DNA of 63,984 nt, filler included. It is 4 parts of 4 records of this genome, joined end to end, with 100 filler letters (N's around TTAATTAATTAA, not from the genome) between each part and the next. Parts side by side here need not be neighbours in the genome. Positions count along the whole stretch, not along the records: positions 34,270 to 63,984 come from SRR31156797_5291; 3 more parts are not named here. One strand, given 5' to 3'. The notes below the pieces were generated by a model. The model searched no databases and was not told where the DNA came from. It saw nothing but the letters and a program-made list of their open reading frames with translations. The position numbers were made by a program, and so were the translations under genes. The first letter of the stretch is position 1. Each line of letters begins with the position of its first letter. Of this stretch, positions 59,241 to 63,984 are shown one piece after another.

Positions 59241-59843
59241 ATGGCAAAAAAACAACAGGAAAAATCCCAACAGACCATGCAGGAACTGATGGACTCAGCC
59301 GTTGAATTATTTGGTTCCAAAGGGTTTGCGTCAACCTCTGTGGCAGAAATCACCGACAATGCGGGGTATGCCAAAGGAAGCTTTTACCGTCATTGGAATT
59401 CCAAAGACGAACTGTTCCTGCAAATCGTGGAACGAAAATTCAAGCAATACCGTGCCACCCGCCATGGCAAAGTTCGCACAGCGGAAAATCTGGAACAAGC
59501 CATGAACATTATCTGGGATTTTCTGGAAACCATTGTCCGCGACAAGGATTGGTCAGCCATTTTTCTGGAATTCACCGTCTATTCGGCGACCAACGAGCCT
59601 GTACGCAAGCTCATGAACAAATCCGATTACCGGCTCTCCAACAAGGTCTTCGCCGATCTGGTGCGCGACCATGTAGAGACAGATTTCCCACCGGAAAAAA
59701 TAGGCGCTCTCAACACGGCTCTTTTCGAAGGATATCTCATTCACCACGCATTGGGTGCTGAGGAACTCTCCCTTGAGGATGTTCGGGAAAACGCCATCGC
59801 CATGGCCGTACGAAACGGAACCAGACAGGAACACATCGGGTAG
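59241..59843 (+). CDS. TetR/AcrR-family regulator
   Basis: LFGSKGFASTSVAEITDNAGYAKGSFYRHWNSKDEL. Confidence 0.93.
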   Translation: MAKKQQEKSQQTMQELMDSAVELFGSKGFASTSVAEITDNAGYAKGSFYRHWNSKDELFLQIVERKFKQYRATRHGKVRTAENLEQAMNIIWDFLETIVRDKDWSAIFLEFTVYSATNEPVRKLMNKSDYRLSNKVFADLVRDHVETDFPPEKIGALNTALFEGYLIHHALGAEELSLEDVRENAIAMAVRNGTRQEHIG

Positions 59844-59885
59844 TCGTTCCTGTTCAAATATCATTTTATACAAACGAGACACATC

Positions 59886-60893
59886 ATGAAAAAACTGCTG
59901 ACGCTGACCGCCCTCTTTCTGTTGACTTTCGGGCTGGCATCCATGGCCTGCGCCGAAACCGTCCGGTTGAGCTACTCCAACTTCTTCCCGCCCACCCATA
60001 TCCAGTCCAAGCTGGCCGAACAATGGTGCAAGGAAGTTGAAACCCGTACCAACGGCGCGGTCGTCATCGACTACTACCCCGGCGGCACTCTCTCCAAGGC
60101 CAAGCAGTGTTACGACGGCACCGTTGAGGGTATCTCCGACATCGGTATGTCCGTACTTGCATACTCCCGTGGCCGCTTCCCGGTCATGGCTGCCGTGGAC
60201 CTGCCGCTCGGTTACGAGACCGGCACTCAGGCCACGGCTATCGCCAACGCAGTATATACTCAGTTCACTCCCCGAGAATTCCGCGATGTACAGCCCATGT
60301 ATTTCCATGCCCATGGTCCGGGCCTGCTTTTCACCACTGAAAAAACCGTTGCCACTCTGGATGACATCAAGGGTGAAAAGATCCGCTCCACGGGCAACTC
60401 TGCCAAATTGGTCAAAGCCCTTGGCGGCAGCCCCGTAGCGCAGCCCATGCCCACGGCATACCAATCCCTGCAAAAAGGCGTTGTCGATGGATCCATGAAC
60501 CCCATAGAATCCAATAAGGGCTGGAAGCTGGCCGAAGTGGTCAAACATTGCACTGTGTCCATTCCTGTTGCCTACACCACCACGTTCTTCGTGGTCATGA
60601 ACAAGGACAAATGGTCCGAACTCGATCCTGCAACCCAAAAAACCATTCAGGAAATCAATGCAGAATGGTCTGTCAAACACGGTCAGGCGTGGGATGACGC
60701 CGATGCCGCAGGCAAAGCGTTCTTCACGGAAAAAGGTGGTGTGTTCACAGAACTCGACACCGCAGAAGCTGCCAAATGGGTCGCGGCAGCCAGACCCGTC
60801 ATCGACGGCTATATCGACTCCAAGCAAGGCAAAAAAGTCCATGGCGATGCCGTCGTCGAATTCATCCAGACCGAAATGACAAAAAGTCCATAG
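59886..60893 (+). CDS. dctP: TRAP transporter substrate-binding protein (DctP), paralog 1
   Basis: Signal peptide; YYPGGTL, GRFPV and YQSLQKGVVDG. Confidence 0.9.
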   Translation: MKKLLTLTALFLLTFGLASMACAETVRLSYSNFFPPTHIQSKLAEQWCKEVETRTNGAVVIDYYPGGTLSKAKQCYDGTVEGISDIGMSVLAYSRGRFPVMAAVDLPLGYETGTQATAIANAVYTQFTPREFRDVQPMYFHAHGPGLLFTTEKTVATLDDIKGEKIRSTGNSAKLVKALGGSPVAQPMPTAYQSLQKGVVDGSMNPIESNKGWKLAEVVKHCTVSIPVAYTTTFFVVMNKDKWSELDPATQKTIQEINAEWSVKHGQAWDDADAAGKAFFTEKGGVFTELDTAEAAKWVAAARPVIDGYIDSKQGKKVHGDAVVEFIQTEMTKSP

Positions 60894-60995
60894 GGGACTT
60901 CAGGCCTGCGTGTCATATGGCGTGATCGCAGGCTCATTATACAAGGGTGGGGCGAATGCCCTTCCTCGGAACCGAGCAAATTCCCGGAGGAAACA

Positions 60996-61994
60996 ATGAA
61001 AAAACTGCTGACAACATTCATGGCCGTAGCTGTGCTGTGCGTTGCCCTGCCGACCATAGGTCAAGCCGAAACCAAGCTGACCTACTCCAATTTCTTCCCG
61101 ACCACCAACCATCAGTCCAAGCTGGCTGAAGAGTGGTGTCAGGAAGTGGAAAAAAGAACCGACGGCAAAGTGGTTGTCGAGTACTACCCCGGCGGCACCC
61201 TGACCAAGGCCAAGCAATGTTATGACGGCGTTGTGGAAGGCATGTCCGATGTCGGATTATCCTGTCTCGCCTACTCACGCGGTCGCTTCCCGGTCATGGC
61301 AGCCGTTGATCTTCCTCTGGGTTACACCTCCGCAGCGCAAGCCACGACAACGGCCAATGCTGTCTATAAAGAATTCAAGCCAGCCGAACTCAGTGACGTG
61401 GAAGTCATGTACTTCAACGGACACGGTCCCGGCCTGTTGTTCACGGTTCAAAAACCAGTCAAAACACTGGCCGACATCAAAGGCGAAAAAATTCGCGCTA
61501 CCGGCAACTCCGCCAAGTTAGTCAAAGCTTTGGGCGGCACTCCTGTAGCCAAGCCCATGCCCGAAAACTACCAATTGCTGCAAAAAGGCGTTGTGGACGG
61601 GAGTATGCACCCCATCGAGTCCAACAAATCCTTCAAGCTCGGCGAAGTCTGCAAGTACGGCACTGATTCATTCGGCGTGGCATACACCACGGTATTCTTC
61701 ATTGTCATGAACAAGGACAAATGGGCGGCCATTGACGCCGACTCCCAGCAAATCATCCGCGAAATCAACGAGGAATGGGCCATCAAACACGCTGCGGCAT
61801 GGGATGAAGCTGATGCTGCCGGACGCCAGTTCTTCATGGATCAAGGCGGCGAAATAATGGAACTGTCCTCCGAGGAGTCCGAGGCATGGGTCATGGCAGC
61901 CAAGCCTGTTCTGGACGGATATGTCACTGAAACAACGGAAAAGGGTCTTGATGGCAAGACCATTCTGGAATTTACTCAATCAACACTGAAATAG
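60996..61994 (+). CDS. dctP: TRAP transporter substrate-binding protein (DctP), paralog 2
   Basis: Closely similar tandem paralog of 59886. Confidence 0.9.
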   Translation: MKKLLTTFMAVAVLCVALPTIGQAETKLTYSNFFPTTNHQSKLAEEWCQEVEKRTDGKVVVEYYPGGTLTKAKQCYDGVVEGMSDVGLSCLAYSRGRFPVMAAVDLPLGYTSAAQATTTANAVYKEFKPAELSDVEVMYFNGHGPGLLFTVQKPVKTLADIKGEKIRATGNSAKLVKALGGTPVAKPMPENYQLLQKGVVDGSMHPIESNKSFKLGEVCKYGTDSFGVAYTTVFFIVMNKDKWAAIDADSQQIIREINEEWAIKHAAAWDEADAAGRQFFMDQGGEIMELSSEESEAWVMAAKPVLDGYVTETTEKGLDGKTILEFTQSTLK

Positions 61995-62058
61995 ATATCA
62001 CGGCAGAACAGTCTTCCGGGCTGTTCTGCCGTGCGCTTTCGACACAAAGGATTATGAG

Positions 62059-62544
62059 ATGGAAGAAGCACGAGGGCCGCTCGGCCTGACAGAAAAGATC
62101 ATGCGAACCATTGCCGCGATCTGTCTGGCAGGTATGGCCGTCATGACAGGAACTGATGTGTTCCTGCGCGGCGCATTCAACACCCCGATTTTCGGGTGTG
62201 AGGAGATTGTCTCCATACTCGGCGTCATTGCCGTGGGATTCGCCCTGCCATATACGCACTATCAAAAAAGCCACATCGGAGTCGAAATCCTGATTCGTCG
62301 CTTCTCCAAAAAGGTGCGTGATCGCGTCAAGTTCATCACCACTCTCGCCACATTGGCCTTGGTGTCCATCATTACTTGGCGCATGTTCCTGTACGCCGGG
62401 ACTCTTGCCGAATCAGGCGAAGTTTCCATGAATCTCGAATTGCCTGAATACTACGTGGTCTACGTCCTGTCCTTCGGCTTCTTTATCTACGCGCTCTGTC
62501 TTGCCGTGGACATTCTCAATTTCTTCAAGAAGAGCGAGGGATAA
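62059..62544 (+). CDS. dctQ: TRAP small permease
   Basis: Four TMs; DVFLR..FNTPI.G.EE and HIGVEI. Confidence 0.9.
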   Translation: MEEARGPLGLTEKIMRTIAAICLAGMAVMTGTDVFLRGAFNTPIFGCEEIVSILGVIAVGFALPYTHYQKSHIGVEILIRRFSKKVRDRVKFITTLATLALVSIITWRMFLYAGTLAESGEVSMNLELPEYYVVYVLSFGFFIYALCLAVDILNFFKKSEG

Positions 62545-62546
62545 TC

Positions 62547-63860
62547 ATGGATCCGACCACTGCCGGAATCATCGGCATCATCGTCATGGTTTTCCTGTTC
62601 ATGACCCGTATGCCCGTCGCATTTGTCATGATGCTTGTAGGTTTTATCGGGTTCTCGCTCCTCACCTCGTGGAAAGGCGGCCTGAACCTCATGAGCCGTA
62701 ATGTGTACGACGCATTCGCGTCCTATGAACTCTCGACTATCCCGCTCTTCATCCTCATGGGCCAGATAGCCTTTAACTGCGGTATTTCGAAACGACTGTA
62801 CGACACCGCATACAGATTCCTCGGCAACACTCGCGGCGGTCTCGCCATGGCCACGGTCTCGGCCTGCACTGCATTCGGCGCAGTCTGCGGCTCCAGCCCA
62901 GCCACGGCAGCCACCATGTCCACTGTCGGCATCCCCGAGATGAAGCGCTATGGGTACGCCAACTCTCTGGCTACCGCATCCGTGGCTTCCGGTGGCGGAC
63001 TGGGCATGATCATGCCGCCCTCTGTCGTGCTTATCATTTATGGAGTTCTAACCGAGCAATCCATCGGGGCGTTGTTCGTGTCCGGCATTTTACCGGCCAT
63101 TCTGCTCACAGCACTGTTCGTGGTCGGCATTTACCTCCAGTGCAAGGTCAACCCGGACCTCGGCCCCAAAGGTACCCCCTTCACTTGGAGCGAAAAGTTC
63201 AAATCGCTTCTCAATCTTATTGATACCCTGCTCATCTTCGCGCTGGTTATCGGCGGGTTGTTCTGGGGGCTTTTCACGCCCACCGAGGCCGCATCCATCG
63301 GAGTTATCGGCGTACTCGCGCTGGCTGTCATCAAACGTCAGCTTTCATGGAAGGCCTTCGTCAATTCGCTCAACGAGACGCTACGGACCTCCTGCATGGT
63401 ATTGGTCCTCATCGCGGGGGCTGTCGTATTCGGTAAATTCCTTGCCGTGACCCGCATCCCGTTTGACATTGCCAACTGGGTGTCTGCATTCGACATGCCG
63501 CCGTTCGCCATTATGGGAGCGATCATTCTGATTTACTTCATCGGTGGGTGTTTCATGGACTCACTCGCGTTGATCATGCTAACCATCCCGGTGTTTTTCC
63601 CGGTGGTCACTGAAATGGGATATGACCCTATCTGGTTCGGCATCATTATAGTGCTTGTCACTGAGATGGGAGTTATCACGCCGCCTGTAGGGATTAATGT
63701 GTATGTCGTGTATGGAATGTGTCAGAAAATCGCGCCATCCGTCACACTGGAAGAAATATTCAAGGGGATTCTCCCTTTCATGGCGGCTATTATTCTCGGC
63801 ATCGCCTTGTTGTTCATCTTCCCGCAGATTATTCTCTTCCTGCCGGGGTTGATGTATTAA
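62547..63860 (+). CDS. dctM: TRAP large permease
   Basis: IPLFILMG, GSSPATAA, IMPPS, TPTEAA and ITPPVG. Confidence 0.93.
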   Translation: MDPTTAGIIGIIVMVFLFMTRMPVAFVMMLVGFIGFSLLTSWKGGLNLMSRNVYDAFASYELSTIPLFILMGQIAFNCGISKRLYDTAYRFLGNTRGGLAMATVSACTAFGAVCGSSPATAATMSTVGIPEMKRYGYANSLATASVASGGGLGMIMPPSVVLIIYGVLTEQSIGALFVSGILPAILLTALFVVGIYLQCKVNPDLGPKGTPFTWSEKFKSLLNLIDTLLIFALVIGGLFWGLFTPTEAASIGVIGVLALAVIKRQLSWKAFVNSLNETLRTSCMVLVLIAGAVVFGKFLAVTRIPFDIANWVSAFDMPPFAIMGAIILIYFIGGCFMDSLALIMLTIPVFFPVVTEMGYDPIWFGIIIVLVTEMGVITPPVGINVYVVYGMCQKIAPSVTLEEIFKGILPFMAAIILGIALLFIFPQIILFLPGLMY

Positions 63861-63888
63861 ATATTGACGACGGTTTAATGGAAAAAAG

Positions 63889-63918
63889 AAAGCCAGTGAG
63901 ATTGCTCACTGGCTTTTT
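63889..63918 (+). terminator. Rho-independent terminator of the TRAP operon
   Basis: AAAGCCAGTGAG-ATTG-CTCACTGGCTTTTT. Confidence 0.8.
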
Positions 63919-63955
63919 GGGTGGGCGTTGCGTGTATCCGCAGTGAAAATGCCGT

Positions 63956-63984
63956 GAAGAAGAAGAAGAAGAAGAAGAAGAAGA
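63956..63984. repeat. (GAA)n microsatellite at the window end
   Basis: About 9-10 GAA units running to the edge. Confidence 0.85.

Noticed and set aside
59553-60842. 429-aa minus-strand ORF (likewise 40564-41448 and 36774-37418)
   Set aside because: These are antisense shadows of well-supported genes, expected from codon bias in higher-GC DNA.
63956-63984. (GAA)n tract as a contingency locus
   Set aside because: It lies at the window edge after a terminator and its context cannot be seen; it may be an assembly break.

Overview
This window is not one locus. It joins four unrelated contigs with 100-nt N/TTAATTAATTAA spacers (5750-5849, 18368-18467, 34170-34269). (1) 1-5749 is one end of a Bacteroidota-type integrative element. 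It has a tRNA-Pro att fragment, a tyrosine integrase, a 136-bp tandem repeat, an excisionase-like HTH gene, a P-loop helicase-like gene, an iteron-like origin and a Zn-ribbon/TOPRIM primase-like gene. (2) 5850-18367 is a very AT-rich, Campylobacterota/Arcobacter-like contig. It holds a near-complete Tad/Flp pilus locus whose five pilin-like proteins all have a non-canonical leader, and it ends in the 3' end of dxs. (3) 18468-34169 is an FCB/Marinimicrobia-like contig. It has two secreted proteins that share a C-terminal LNIxxFLEG[GA]-aromatic motif, a UshA-like CGC protein, a GH20 hexosaminidase, a patatin, a beta-propeller, pfp, fbaA, amrS, an unexplained three-gene cassette, gcvT, Yip1 and a ferredoxin. 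(4) 34270-63984 is a Pseudodesulfovibrio/Desulfovibrio-like contig. It has a nitrilase, an ECF sigma module with a structured leader, tRNA-Sec carrying a 1.27-kb att-flanked mini-island, a glutamate-synthase-like protein, a CZB chemoreceptor, NapC plus an octaheme HAO-like cytochrome, and a diguanylate cyclase. It also has a UGA-readthrough AhpF/TrxR selenoprotein with a SECIS, a LytTR/LytS-CstA-small protein-ArsA cluster and a TetR-TRAP operon. All taxonomy and family calls come from recalled motifs and sequence style; no database search was run.
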